From Yuukianura sp. NJ FZ-2021 (taxonomy: Eukaryota): a DNA stretch of 64,000 bases. How positions within the stretch are numbered: the first letter of the stretch is position 1; each line of letters starts with the position of its first letter. The notes below the pieces were generated by a model. The model was given only the letters and a program-made list of their open reading frames with translations. It was not told the origin of the DNA and did not search any database. The position numbers were made by a program, and so were the translations under genes. Below are positions 27,090-40,600 of the stretch, in pieces. The stretch covers positions 3,410,001 to 3,474,000 of the forward strand of contig CM102290.1 of the NCBI GenBank assembly GCA_046563655.1. Direction: 5' to 3'.

Positions 27090-30000
27090 TAATTGATATT
27101 AAGCTAGAAATCAAGCTTTAGCTTTAGCTATGTTAGGTTAATATTGGTTAGCCTAGAAGTTATCAGGGTAGGATGTTCTGGTTAAACTACTATTTTTCGC
27201 AGTTGCGCAGTAATTCATTAAGTAATTGACCTTTTGAAGTAATTCGTTTCGCATTAATTCGCTTCGCAATAATTCATTTGATGAAATGGCATAGAGGGGA
27301 ACTCTAGTTGTAGTGGCTTGGAAATATGCAAGATTTTTTTTAACAATTTTTTTTATTTGGCTCAAGCCGTTTTAAAATAGGAAAGATTTCGCCAGTGAAA
27401 GGTTTGAGGAGAATTGCAAATGTGAATTGGATTTTTTTTGGGATATTTACTGTTGAGCTTTTTATTGTTGACTACTTTTCCTGACTGACATAGAGGGTGT
27501 GTATAGACTTGAAATGATCGGAAGTCCCTTTGTGAAAGTGGATGAGTTAGTTTCCGCTGGAGCTCTCTACTTTGTCTTAAAATACAATACATTTCCTCGT
27601 CATTCCAATGTGGTTAAGGGAATACAGTGTTTACAAAGGAAAATATTCACGTCCATTGTGTTTTTGCTTATATATCTTTTCGTTTTCCCTCAAAATATTC
27701 TTTCAATTGATGAGAAATTACAACAAAAACTTAAAATCTTGCTTGTTTTTGTGCAATTTCGAGGCAGCTTGTTGAAAATGTACAAATTTAGTCTCTTGTG
27801 AGAAATGTACGTATATGTTAGGTTATGTGTATAATTTTTTTTTCTTCAAAACTATGGTTTCCCTTCTTTTGAAAAGGATTGTCCATAATTTCTAGCAAAA
27901 CTTTTATTCAAAAAAAGTTTCGTTTTTTTCGCCTTTCGAAAAGTTTTTGTCATTTAAAAAATTTTTTATCTCTACAGATGTTGAGCATGGCCGTACTCTT
28001 GGTCTCTTTTAGAAACTAGAAGTCCGTGGTACGTCCTAATTATACTCAGCCTTGCAATCCATCTTTCCTGCTTTTGTAAATGAAGACAAAGGGGCCTGCT
28101 AATGCTTCTTGTTTCTCCGCTGTTGTTCACTTTTTCTAGCACGAAAGGGCTAATTCCGCCTGAATTACAACCAATTATGAATTGTGTGCGTGTTAAGCTT
28201 CGGAGGAAGTTATTTGGACTCTACGGCGTACTTTTTTAACTTTCTCTACCTTAACCCTGCCCCGGAGAAAGTAGTTGACCTATCCGTAACTTATGGGACT
28301 TGTTTTTTAGCAGCGTCTGGGCATTTCGTGGTGTTGAGGAGCCTATGGTTAGGTTAGGCTAAACTCAATCTGTCGAAACCCTTGCGTTTATGGCCTCTGG
28401 ATCACAGTTTATGGATCCTCTTCTGCCATTGTATCGTGTGTGTGACCTGTCTGTCAGGGCCAGGTTCAGGTGTGTAGTAGGCCTAGGTACGATTGGGCAT
28501 GGGACTCTGCTGGAGTGACTTTGGAAGTAATGTGTTGTGTGTCTGTGTTCCTTAGAGAGGTTGCCCAACTGTGACATGGGTGTGCACTAACCTATGTTGG
28601 GATTCTGTGCGAGAATGGCCGTTAGGTTTAGTAGTGTGGGGAAAACAAGGGAAAGTCCCATGGGAGCTTTCGGTCTCGAAGAAATCCAAGTTCCGGAAAT
28701 AAAAGGAATATATCCCCAATTCCAATGGAAATGAAATGGACGAAGAGCGGACAACAATTTCGCATAAATCCAAACAAACCACTGACCGTTTCCGTATTAA
28801 ACTCAAAACAACGCACAAAAGTTTCCTTCTTCGGTACTTCTTTTCCTTTTTATGGTGTTGGGACAAACAAAAGTAATTTTGACAAATACGAAACCGTTTT
28901 TCAATTTTACTTGTTTCTGATACTTTCAACTTTTTTAGTTGGAATTTTTTTTCGTAATTTTTTAAACTACGTTTTTTTCACTTGGGTTCTGTTGGAAGTT
29001 TGGAATTCTGAGAATTGACTTTGGAGTGGGTTTTAGTTTAAAATTTTATAGATTGAAGAGAGTTTGAAAAGATGTTAGTTTGCACTAAAAAGAATTTTAA
29101 AAGGGAATTTGAAATTTTGGCGCTTCCTGTGCTGATATGTAAATTGTTGTTTTGATTTCTAGAGATTTGGTTGCTTTTCTTGTCAAAGTGAAAGTGGAGG
29201 AGTGACGTACTTCTGGGACTGTGTATGTTCCGCCTACGTTTGTTAGGCTATGTTATGCCTTGGAAATGTTATGCAGTATGTATGTATGTGATGTTAGTGT
29301 AAAAGTGACTTCTGTGCGTGGGATGATGGTGGTGATCTGTGTGTCCCTGAGCAGTGGATTTGGAAGTAATGATTTGAGAATGGTCTCTGCATAAATAATG
29401 GAGGGTTGAGAGGGTTTTTGGTGGAGATTATCGGTGGAGAAAGTGGGGCCGTGGAAGGAAGAAAGCGGAGGGGCTTTTAGAAGCGGCTCTTACGATTCCC
29501 TTGTTCCACTTAATTGAACTTACCTCTCTCCTGCTGAAAGGAAACTCATGTTCGAAGGAGGCCTTGGAGGGCGGTCCCCTTCAAAATCAGGCACATTATC
29601 CCTCATCGTCATTACCCAAAATATGGAAACCACGGAAACAAGACTCAAAGCAGGAAGTACGGCCTCTCACTTCCAGTCCCTGTCTCATCATCCTTCAACA
29701 AACTTTGGAGATCATCACCTCCATAGTTACCACAAAAGAAGCCGAAGATGAGCATTCGGTTGTTGGGCGGCTGTCCAAGAAGCCTAGAGACGCTGGAACA
29801 GTGTTTAAGATCTGTTGAACGGCTTGTCAGGAGGGTCTGTTCATATATTGTGTCTTCACGATGATGGGTAGGCAGGTTAAAGTTAGTTTTGGTGGATACG
29901 CACTTGAAATGATTTGGGATTCGGCGATGCAGGAGGTAGAGTTAGGTTGAGCTGATGTCAAAATTGTTTTCTCAAAGTTTACTTAATGTTTGGTTTTTGT

Positions 30001-33000
30001 TATGTTTTTTGGACGTTTGGTTTGCTGTCGATGTTTTTAAGCTGTTTGGTAACATTTCAGTTGTTTTTTTAAAAATGTATTATGTACATCCGGCGATGTT
30101 GGAAAACTCAAATTTTTTGTGAGTTTTGCAGAATAAGAATTCCAATATTTTTGATTTTGAGACGATTAGATTTTGAACAAAAGTGATTCAACAGGTGAGT
30201 CTCATCAAGGACTTGGATCCTTTATAATACAGTTCAAAGTGTTTATTTAAATTTGTTCATCTGAGTGAGTTTTTCGTTTGAGGTCGAAGTAGTTAGGAGA
30301 AGTAGAGACAGAAAGTAAAGTCTGATAATTAGATCCTTGAAGATTGTAAAATGGAGAGAAAGATTAAGAAAAAAAAAAGAAAGCAAAGGATTTGATTTGA
30401 GTTTTCTTGCTTTGCAGTTAGTGTGATTTTGTTCCAAGGGAGAGAAAGTGTAACTGTGCTAAAGGGAAGAAGGGAAGAGAAAGGGAATTTAGGCTGATAA
30501 TGATCACGCATGCGCTCGAGCCGAGTTTCTGGAGTTCCCTTATTCCGTTTGAACCAAGGAAAGTGGCTGTGGCGGTTGGTTCAAAACTATTTTCAGAGTT
30601 TTCGGGGTTTTTGGTCTCTGGGTTTCTCTCTGTAAAAAGCAAGCTCCTCTGAAAACTGGGAATCAGTACTGGGTTGCCTGCTGCAGTTGACGGGACTGTG
30701 GGTTATTCTCGTTTGAGCTCTGCATAACGTTAGTTTAATATTCAAAACAGTTGGGTTCTTGGTTACTGTTGTCCAGAAAATACAACAGTGAGGTCACGAG
30801 GCCATTTTCTTGTGAAGTTGACATAGCGGGGACAGTTTCGTCTAAAGATTAATCCATTAGTGACCAACTTGACTTGTCATCGTTCCCTTTTCACACTGTA
30901 CAAAAAGAAACCAACAGTGAAAGTTTGAAAACCGAAAGCGCTATACAAGAAGAAGCTCAAATTCAATCCACTTCAGTTCTTGTCACCCTTCATTTCTTTC
31001 AAATCTCCCGCGCAATGCCCTTTGTCCATTCTTTTTTTTTGAAAAACGCCTTCCCGCCCTTCCTCTGACACAAAACGAGATACCACCAAAGTAACAAAAG
31101 TTGTAGAAAAGGAAACAATAGTGAAAGCAGAGGCTTTTGATCTCATCCAACCAACCCCAAGCCAAGTTCAAAACTTCCCGCCAAAGTCGCAGTGGCCACA
31201 AAACTTGGTTCTTCCACTTTTCTACTACTAGCTGTTACCCTGTCGTTTGTTCGTGGCTTTCTACAGGTCCTTCATGATGACCTAAAACTCTAACTTTTTT
31301 GTGTGACAAATGAAAGCCAAAAACAGTTGAAAGTTTACTTTAAAAAATTGAAAAAATTATTTCTTACGCACAAAAAATTGAAACTTTCTCTCAAACAGTA
31401 CGAAGTGACCCACCCGTTCTGGGTGAACCGAATGGATGGTGCGACATAGACAAAGAGTTCCCTGGGTCGTTGACCCTGACCCACCACATTCACCGCCCCC
31501 GCGACCCACTTCTGTAAGTCACTTTCGTTTTTCGTTTGTTTTTTTTTTGAAACTATTAGTTTTTTGAATCAAAATTTCCAAAAATTGAGCACCCACCCAT
31601 TTGAGTGGCAGACAAGTGACAGGGAGATGGCAGGACAGGTGTAGTGCAATGTATTAGCGTCGTTTAGGTCATAAGCTAACCTCACAAAAAGAAAACCTTA
31701 ATTGGACCAAACCTGTCACTTGTGACTGAGGGCGGGAGACGAGGGTTCACTTAAACTAAGAAAAATGATGAAAGTTGGGCACACTTTTTTCCCTTCTTGC
31801 AATGGATTATGTTACCTTAGTTTTCTGTAGAGCGGTGGATTACGTCTATTTCTGTTAGTCCCCTTCGTTAAATATTTATCGTTGATTAATTTCCACAGCT
31901 CCCGAATCAATTTTGGTTTCAGTTTTGGAATTAAAGAATTTGGAATGGAAAAGTGAAAGTTGGTGGAATTGACTCTTCCCAACTGCTGAATTGTGTTGAT
32001 CTTATTAAATTTTGAAACTCACTTTTCTCACGCCTCTCCTCAAGTTGAAATTTACTTTTCGAGAAGTGGTGAGTGATGGCCCTTTAATTAGAAGTGGCAG
32101 GGTCTACGTGGAGGGCCCCCTCTCCTTTTGAACCCGTTGCCTTTAAAGCCATAATCATAATAACAAGTTCCTATCATTGAAATCATTTTCCGGAACAAAG
32201 TTTTGAAAATAAAAAAGAGTTTTTTTTTCTTTCACCTTGTAAGTATGGTGGAGAAAGTTGTGTGTAAGTTTTGGCAAAAAAAAAAGTTTACAAGAGTAAA
32301 GCTCCAATTTCAGTCTTGGAAATGGTAACTCTCTAACCCTAAAAAAAGTAACATAAAATTCGGTAAAAAAAAAATTCCAAGCGATTTGCGAATAAATTTT
32401 GGGTAACTTTTGTATAGAATTTTTCTATTTTCAATTGCGCATAAAAATCTGTTGAATGTTTGGATGCAAACATCACAATTTCTGACAAAAATGCTTGGAT
32501 TTTGAGTTCTGTAGTCAACAAGGAGTTGTCACCTTGATAAATTCCAAGAATGTACAGGGTGGTTCAAATTTTTGTTTGTTGTAATATAAAAGAGACTTTC
32601 CTGAAAATTGAATTTGGAGGCAGAAAATGCGTGGGTTTGAATGTATAAACTACCTTGTAGTTTTCATGTTTAAGTATTTTTTTTTTGTGAAATCTGCTGT
32701 TTGTGTGTTTTGAATTGGCATTTATTTTGCACAGAAGAGGGATAAAGAGGCGGAACAGAGTAAAAAATAGAGTAGAAGCCTTTGGATTTGAATGTATAAA
32801 GCGTTCTCTGGTGGAATTCAAAAGAAGAAAGGAGGAGTAGTGGGAAATTTACCTGTTGGAAAGTTTGGAGAAAAGTGAAAGTATAAGGATGCTTGGCCTT
32901 CTATTGTTGACCATTTTCTGAGTTGCACAAAAGATGAAAAATTCTGGGAGAAAAAGAACCTTCAAGGAAGAAAAAAGAGAGGAATTGAATGTACTACTGG

Positions 33001-36000
33001 AGAAAGCCGAATGTTCTGGCTAAGGTATCAATGAAACTTGAGAATTGAAAAGATCGTAGCTTACAGGAAAAGGATCTTTTGAGTTTTGGTCGTGTCCATC
33101 CTCCTTTATTTCTGTTCTAAAAATCTAAAAGTCGACTATGAATAGAAAGCCGTTGCCATGAATGTGTATAGTGTACTACTTACTTTCTGGGTGTAAGTAA
33201 AGGGAAAGGAGAAAGCAATAGAAAAGAGGCTTAGCCAGTAGTCGTCCTAAGAGCCCATAAAACTTTCCCTTCGACTTTCTCTCCACTACTCATGGACTCA
33301 AAGTTAACCTTTTTCAAAGATGAATTTCGGAGGGGAAGGAGGCTGGCTATAAGGTTTTTTTTCTGGTTTTTTCTTGTTTTCTATTTTTTTGAAAATTTCA
33401 TGGTCAGCGGTGGAAGTTTTAATCATGGAAAGATTAATACCAGGGAGCCATTAATGGATAAAGTGACGTCAAACTTGTGAAATGTGTTGTTTACTAAAAT
33501 TTGTTGGTTTGTTTTTCACTGTTGTCGGGATTTTTTTCTCCAGAAGAATTTTTCTCGAGCATTTTCTTGAAGATGAGCATAGCTAGGGATTTTGGACTTT
33601 TAATCGATTATTACCACCACTTTGATTTTTTCCTTTTTTAGGACATGGGAAAGTTAGCTTTCATTTCTTACTTTCTGCTTAAGTTTTGATGCATGGTAGT
33701 TTTTTCTTCTGCATCCGTGGTAGTAATCGAGTATAAAATTTTTAAAGCAGATTTTAATGAAAAACTAAGAAAAATGAAGAGACAGTGTGGACCATATCCC
33801 AAATCCGTTATAAATGGAGGGCGTTATAACACTTGAAACTCTGGGAACTTTAAAAGCTTGAATAGTGAGAGATGAGAAAAAAGAAAGTGGGAAGGGGATA
33901 TCCAACCATTAGAGATTGAGATCCATTTCAACAACGTCCCACAAATCCATCCAATACACTTTGTATCAAATAGAATTTCAAGTTTGGCGCCTCTCTTCTC
34001 CCTCCATTGTTCTCCCATTTGAAATTTGGATTGCATTTCATCCTCAAATGGAATTATCATAACGACAATGGGTTTTGAAACAAAACACTACAGCTAGTAG
34101 CACTCCGCTACCCGCATCCAGACTCCCCACCCCATTTCGCACCTCACCCTTCCCCCGAATTCCCACTTTCTCTGATTGTCTCTTTTATGACTTGTTGTAT
34201 TTTTCTTCTTTGAGGCTCCTCGGCGTGATAAATGTTCCCTGTCCCGCCTTTTCCCTTCATCTTCAAATGAGTAGAGATTTAAGTTTGACGTGTGATGTAG
34301 AGGAGGTCGTTTAACTTTGGTTTTTGGCTTTTTTCCGCGGTTTTTTTTGCTAGGAAGTTACTCCTCCCAGTTTGAGTGTTGCTTTTCTGATCCTAAAACG
34401 ACTTAGCAGTTAGTGTCTTCAGAAATCTCGCGTTTTTTTTCTCGCTCAAAGTCCGAAAAAATGTTGGTGTGGGTTCAATTGTTATTGCGGGTTCTTGACA
34501 TGCCAAGTTTTCCAATTGGTTTCTGACATGTGAGAGACTCGGAAGAAAAAAACGAAGTTATGACTTGAATTTTCCATGACACAGGGAAAAGAGTTTTGCC
34601 ATGTTCACTGGACGTAATAGGGTTTTTAGAAGCGAGTTTTTTTTTAAAACGTCACGCGGCATCCATCCCAAGAACCAATTGTTGAAAATTGCCAATTCTC
34701 GTGACAGCACTTTTCATAATGCATTGGCTGGGTGAAGGGGTCGAGAGTCGCTTAAAAGGAAAGTGTCAAAGGGAATGTTTAGAGGCTTGCCTTTTTAGGT
34801 TTTTGGTGAAAATGATAGTTTTTTTTTTTTAAATTAGGCGCATGGCGTACTTGGATGTTCTGGATACATAAAATTCAGCTTTTACTAAAATTTTTAAACT
34901 TTGAAGCCAAAGAGTGGTGGTGATGTTGGTTTTTGCTTAGAAAGTTTCCTGCTGCTCCAGTAGTGTGAAGATTCCCTGGAACTGTTGGATGAGTGATGGG
35001 AGAGGGGAAGAGGCGCGGAAGTTTGAATTTGGTTGACGTTGAAGGTTGTGGTTGGTGATTGGGCCTTTGATTCTGCTGCTGTTGGTCGTTGGTGGTTAAG
35101 TTAGGTTGCTAGGTTAGTCGTAGGTAGCGGGGAGGGAGGAGGTAGCCGTTCCTAACGAAGGAGACAAGTTGATGCCTGTGGGGAAAAGACGAGAAGATGC
35201 TTCAAATTAAGTTCTCCCGCCAAGACTTCCACACGCTTTCTCCATTCCATTAACTTTCACTTCCCCTCCAATAGACCCAACACCAACAAACAGCGTCCTC
35301 GTCACCATTTTTTACATAAAATGCTCCCCCCTCTCCTTATGATGAGGGGGGACTCTGTTGCAAAATCCCCCACAGTCACTACTGTCGTCGAGGAAGCAGA
35401 GCCACAGCCCCAATTTAGCAAAAAGGATCCCTGTGGGAATTGGATCCAAAATGAACGTAGGAAGGTCTTGTGTCCAGAATCAAAAGGTTCTCCAGTCGAC
35501 AGGATAAGCCTAATCTGACATAATGCGCACAGCACTGTCACTTTTCCGAAAAAAAGAGAGAGAAAGTTTTGAAATTGTGTTTGTTGTTGAGGTAGGTGAT
35601 AAGTTTTATGCAGAGTTGGCAAAGAGTTCAGTGACTTTAGGACGTTTAGAGTTGAGCACTTCCGGCAATTTGTGGTAGTTTTTTTTTCGGAAGCATAGTC
35701 ATTTTCGAAAATAAAAAAAAGTTGGGAGAAAAAATAGTTCGTCACTGAACTGACTGCTGGGCATTGACCAAAAACTGGGTCAATTGCTACTACCGAAACA
35801 GAGTTGGGTCATTGACGGTACGAAAAAATGCCCAGATCTGTCAAGATTTTTACATTTTTTCTTTGAATGTTATTCCGGTTGAAAGACAGTTACTAACTTT
35901 TTTCTTATGAAAAATATGACAAGAGATATTATTTTCTGTCTTGGTTTTTCAGATTTTTATGAGAGAATCTGTCTGTTTAGAAAAAAAAAACTTCTTTTTT

Positions 36001-36630
36001 TCTCATTTTTGAATTCAATTCAAGTTTGTTTTCAATTTTGTGTGACAGTAGTTGTATGTTGTGAATTCATTTTTGTCTTTGAAAGAGGCAGAAAGACACG
36101 GAGCGAAGAAGGAACCTTGCGTTCCTGTTTATTACATTTTCTGCCTGATTTCACCTCAAGTCCCCGAGAAAGTGACTGGAAAAGAAAGAAATCTCATCTG
36201 GTTCCTCTTTTTGGTTGTGTTTTGTGCTGGAACAAGTATTATTAATATGCTTTCTGGAGGATATGACAAGGACTTTCTTCTCCTTTCTGTGGAATTCCAA
36301 TAATAGGACACCTCTCATGCAGAGCAAAAGGACTTCAATTCCACTTGGTCCAATTCCACCTATCAAAGACCAGAGACACACTTTCTCCCTTTGGCTTTGT
36401 GTTTTCGAACAGGTAGAACAAGCAATTGTTTCACTTTTTCAAAAACAGAGGACAGAAACGTATTTCCTTTGACCAGCAAATTCCTCTTTCTTCTAAACAT
36501 TTTTCCTTTTAGGAGTTTTAGTAGATTCTTTTTATTCTTTTTAGAGGATTGAAATGACAGTTGAAACAAAACGGAAAGGTCTTTTGAAGTAGAATTTAAA
36601 AGGTTTATGGGAATAACTAAAATCTCATTA

Positions 36631-37610
36631 GCGAGGTTGTAGCGAAGTTTCCACTTTACTTTCCCGTTTACTTTCCGCTTTTGATTTTGAGAAGGGAAAC
36701 TAAAAGTGAAACTTCAGTTGTATGGAGTTTAGAAGTTTCACTTTCCGTTTTGCCAAATTAAAGAATTCCGGTTGAGGTAAGGTTTATCGAGTACCATTGT
36801 AGCCGCACGGTATAACCACCAGTTATAACCACCCAAGATGGCTATCTTGGGTGGCTACAGTGATTGGCTACGCTTGTGCTGCAACATTTGTCGCCAGTGG
36901 CAACACTGTCTTTAGAATAAGGTCACTAGATGCAATCTAAATCCAAACAATCTACCCTTATCAAAAACCTAACCAAACATCTATTTTACTATTACTATTA
37001 ATTAATATTAATTAATATTAATGGATTAATTAATTAATATTAATTAATACTAATAAAAATACAAGGAAAACTTTTGCAAACACAGCAACAAATGCTGCCA
37101 CACGACCGTAGCCACTCGTTGCAGTTACTCAAGATGCCCGCCAGCGGTTACACTGTGCGGTTACAATAGCGCTCGTTAAACCTTACCTCAACCTCTTTCC
37201 TTGATTTTAGCGATTATTAATTATTATAATAATTAATCATTAAATACGATTAATAATATTGATTATTAACAACGATTATGAAGAAGGAGAATGTGGTAAC
37301 AAAAGCTAACGGAGCGCTACTGCTGACTATTATATTTAAAGGTACAAGATAGGAATTGGTTTCGGCACTATTTAAATACAAAAGCAAAGTAAAGCAGATG
37401 TAGTGCCCAAGTAGGAGATGGTGCTGAAACCACCCAAAAGGCAAGTTAAAAGGAAACTTTTTACTTTCCTCTAAATCGGCGATTTGAGCGGAAAGTGGAA
37501 AGTAAACTTCTAGTTTCCTTTTGTATATGACGTCATCTATGACGTCATGACCAAATTTGCAAACGGGAAAGTAAAAGTGAAACTTACTTTCCTGTTCTAT
37601 ACAACCTCGG
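36631..37610. mobile_element. MITE (host of a nested insertion)
   Basis: Termini gcgaggttgta / tacaacctcgg are flanked by TA. Subterminal inverted match ctttactttcccgttt / aaacgggaaagtaaaag. Confidence 0.7.
36770..37193. mobile_element. Palindromic MITE nested in the 36631-37610 element
   Basis: TIR ggttgaggtaaggtttatcgag / ctcgttaaaccttacctcaacc (1 mismatch in 22). Imperfect pairing continues for ~120 bp around an AT-rich core. Confidence 0.85.
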
Positions 37611-40600
37611 TATTAAGAAAAACAAATAAAAAAAAAACTGAACAAAATATTGAAAAGTATTCAATTCTCGACAAAAAACTTGGAGTGAGCTCTCCTAACA
37701 CAGAGTCAGTACGGAGGTACTGACTCTGCGCTCTTTTATTCGCACAGCTTTTACATTTGAATTTTGAACTTTTTAAAAAATTTTAGTTTACACTTTGCTT
37801 TTTTTATTTTTGTTTATTTATTTATTTTTTTGGTTCTTGAATGTTGACAGTTTTTGTAATAGCAAGAATGATTTTATAGACAAAATTATTATTAGGATGC
37901 CTGGTTTAAGGCAATCAGCTATAAAAATTTCTCTTTAAAAAAAAATTCGCGCAAAGCTTTCTCTTTTTTTTGCAATTTTTTCCCCTTTTTTGAAGTTTGT
38001 GATGACCTGAAGCTAAAACCATTTTGTTGAAGGCTTCAAAATTCGTTGGAAAAGCCTTTGGCAAAGTGAGTTAGACTTTTGATATCGGCCATTCCATTTG
38101 TCCTCTGAGCAGGAGAAAGTTGCCATTGGACGTACGTTAGCCTCCAAAACGTGAAACTTTTTGGCGGTGATGGGCGCTCGTTATTAGGCGGAAGGAAATG
38201 CGGAAACTGGCTGAAATTGGTCAATTGTGACAATATGACTCCCTCTCTTCCTGCAGCAGAACGTAATTGGTTGGCCTTGGTCCTTGGCAGAAGGTGGTGG
38301 TAGGAAGGCAGTTTAAGCTCACGAAGATTGTTCCTTCGAGTCTCATTTGGATGGGATCATCCTCTCTGTCCATTCATCTTCACTTACGCTCCGACTCCAT
38401 CATTTTCCAGTGGGTTTAGGTCACTCTCAACACGGAGAGTTACGTGCCGGTAAAAATAGGGCGAACATATCAAGGTAAAAACAATTTCTGACATAGTTTT
38501 TTCAAAAACTGGCGGAAATTTACGACCATCTACGAAGGACTGTAAGCTTGTTGCCGAAATTTTTGACATGGAAGACATTTTTTTCGGAAAAAGTCTGCCG
38601 TTCATCGCCTCTGGACCACTGGATGTGCCTGTTAGGAAAGACACACACACACTATTTCTTGGCACTTACTTGAAATCAACGGATTACTGGCTGCCACACC
38701 AAAAGTCCACAAAGTCTTTTTCTTCGTTTCCACCACAAAAACCGAGACAATGGAATCGATTTTGTATTTATTTTGATGTATTGTCCAATCCGGCTTCAAC
38801 AGAAACGTAAAACCAGGTTTTTCGGTTTTTTTCTCAGTTTTGCGACCACACAAAAAACACGAGACTATTTTTTTGGCTGGTGTTTTGTTTGAAAGATTTG
38901 AAAAGAAAGTCAGACGCCAGGGAAGCTTCAATCCGATTTTTTTGCAGTTCTAAAATTCGTTCAAATTCAAACTTTTTCTTTTTCGAACACACTCCTTGAA
39001 TCTTTTTTCGTCTTTCTTTGGCGTCTTCCGCCGAAGTTTTGAGTTTCCATTATTTACAAGTTAAATCCAATCTCAAAATTGCTTTAAAATTACTTCCTGC
39101 CTTCCTCTCTGTCGTCGTCGTCGTCGGTTGCACTGAGGAAGAAAGTCTTGAAAAGTTCTGCTTTCCTCGGCGCTGAAATTTTGTTGAAAAGGAAAAAACT
39201 TCTAAACGTTTCAAAAATAGGTCATGCCCGATTCTCTTTTTAATGTAAAGTATTTTCAAAGTTAGGGGAAAATTGTGGAGCGGATGAGCGCGTGTCAATT
39301 TGATTGGAATAATTCGAATACCTCAAAAAAAGTTCTTGGGAAACTTTTTTTTTGTTACTATAAGTTCAAACAATATTTTTTTTGGTTCTACGTTTTTTTC
39401 TGCTTTGAGCAAATAAAGAAATGTTAAGAATTTGTTCAATTTGTTTTCTGCTTACTTACTTAGTGAAAACGGAAAAATTAATAGTATTTTTTTGTTCGGT
39501 CTGTTCTTCCTGCTTTGTGAAAGCAAAAAAAAATAGTATTAATAATTTTTTTGTTGATTTTTTCTATTTTTAGAAACAAAAAAATAATAGGATTTGTTTA
39601 GATAGGGAGAATGAGTGAAAAGGGGAGATGAGTAGAGAAGAATAAGAGATGAAATTGATATGCACTTGCCGATTTGTGATTTTTTTTTCGAATCTCCTTG
39701 CCATTGTTCCTTCCGTTCGAACATTTATTTTGATCCGTTTGTTTTTCCATCACAAAATTGGATAGGAAATTGTTGGCTTGAAGGACTTTGAATCCAATCC
39801 ATTCTTCTGGCAGGGTGAATGGAAAAAAGGCACGGAAAAGGGCTGAGGAAGGAGAAAGGAAGAAAGCGTCCTCAATGAATGCTAATCAGAGTGTCCTCAA
39901 TTCTCAAGGGAGACTTACCCCCCTTCTGCCCCCTTTTTTATTCTTTCCCGCGCTATGACTTTAAATTCCTTACAAAAAAATGGAGCCAAAACCCCCTCCA
40001 CCGTACTGTCTTGTACCCTCTATCTCGTAGTCTGGACCCCCCTTCCAGCCGCAACTTTTGGGTTAAAGTTGAACAATTGAATCTCATCGCTCCTCAAAGT
40101 GATCCTGAATACTAATCTCATCTTCAAAATTTCAATTTCTAAGGGTTGTTGTTTTTTTAGAGACGAGTTTCTTTCGACAAATCGTGCTCTGACAGCGGCA
40201 TAAACTTAGAAACAGAAGGGACCTGGATTTAGATTTACAGTGTGTGAAAGCTTCCGAACTTTTTTTTTAAGAACGTTACGAAATTTGAGTTGTGGAATCA
40301 TTGTTTGCGTTTTTTGATTGAAAATTGCAATGTTTCGTAACAAATTGTAAGATTTGGAACTTAAGAATTTGTGTGATTGTAAGATTCTGACGAGTGCATA
40401 TGTTGTGTGGTGGGGTTCTTAAAGCAAAAGCTCTCTACTTTCTTATTGCTAACGAAAACGCTAAGTCCTTTTCCTCTTTTCCAGCCATAATGAATTTTTA
40501 ATTACTTTTCTCTAGATTTCCGATTAATGCTTTTTCTCCATATATAATTCTGGAGAAGGAGCCAAAGAAGAGAGTTGACGACGAGGTTTCGAAGTCTTTA

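Noticed and set aside
28348..28362. TTAGG telomere-like repeats (also ~35100, ~44538)
   Set aside because: Only one to three copies each, not an interstitial telomeric array.
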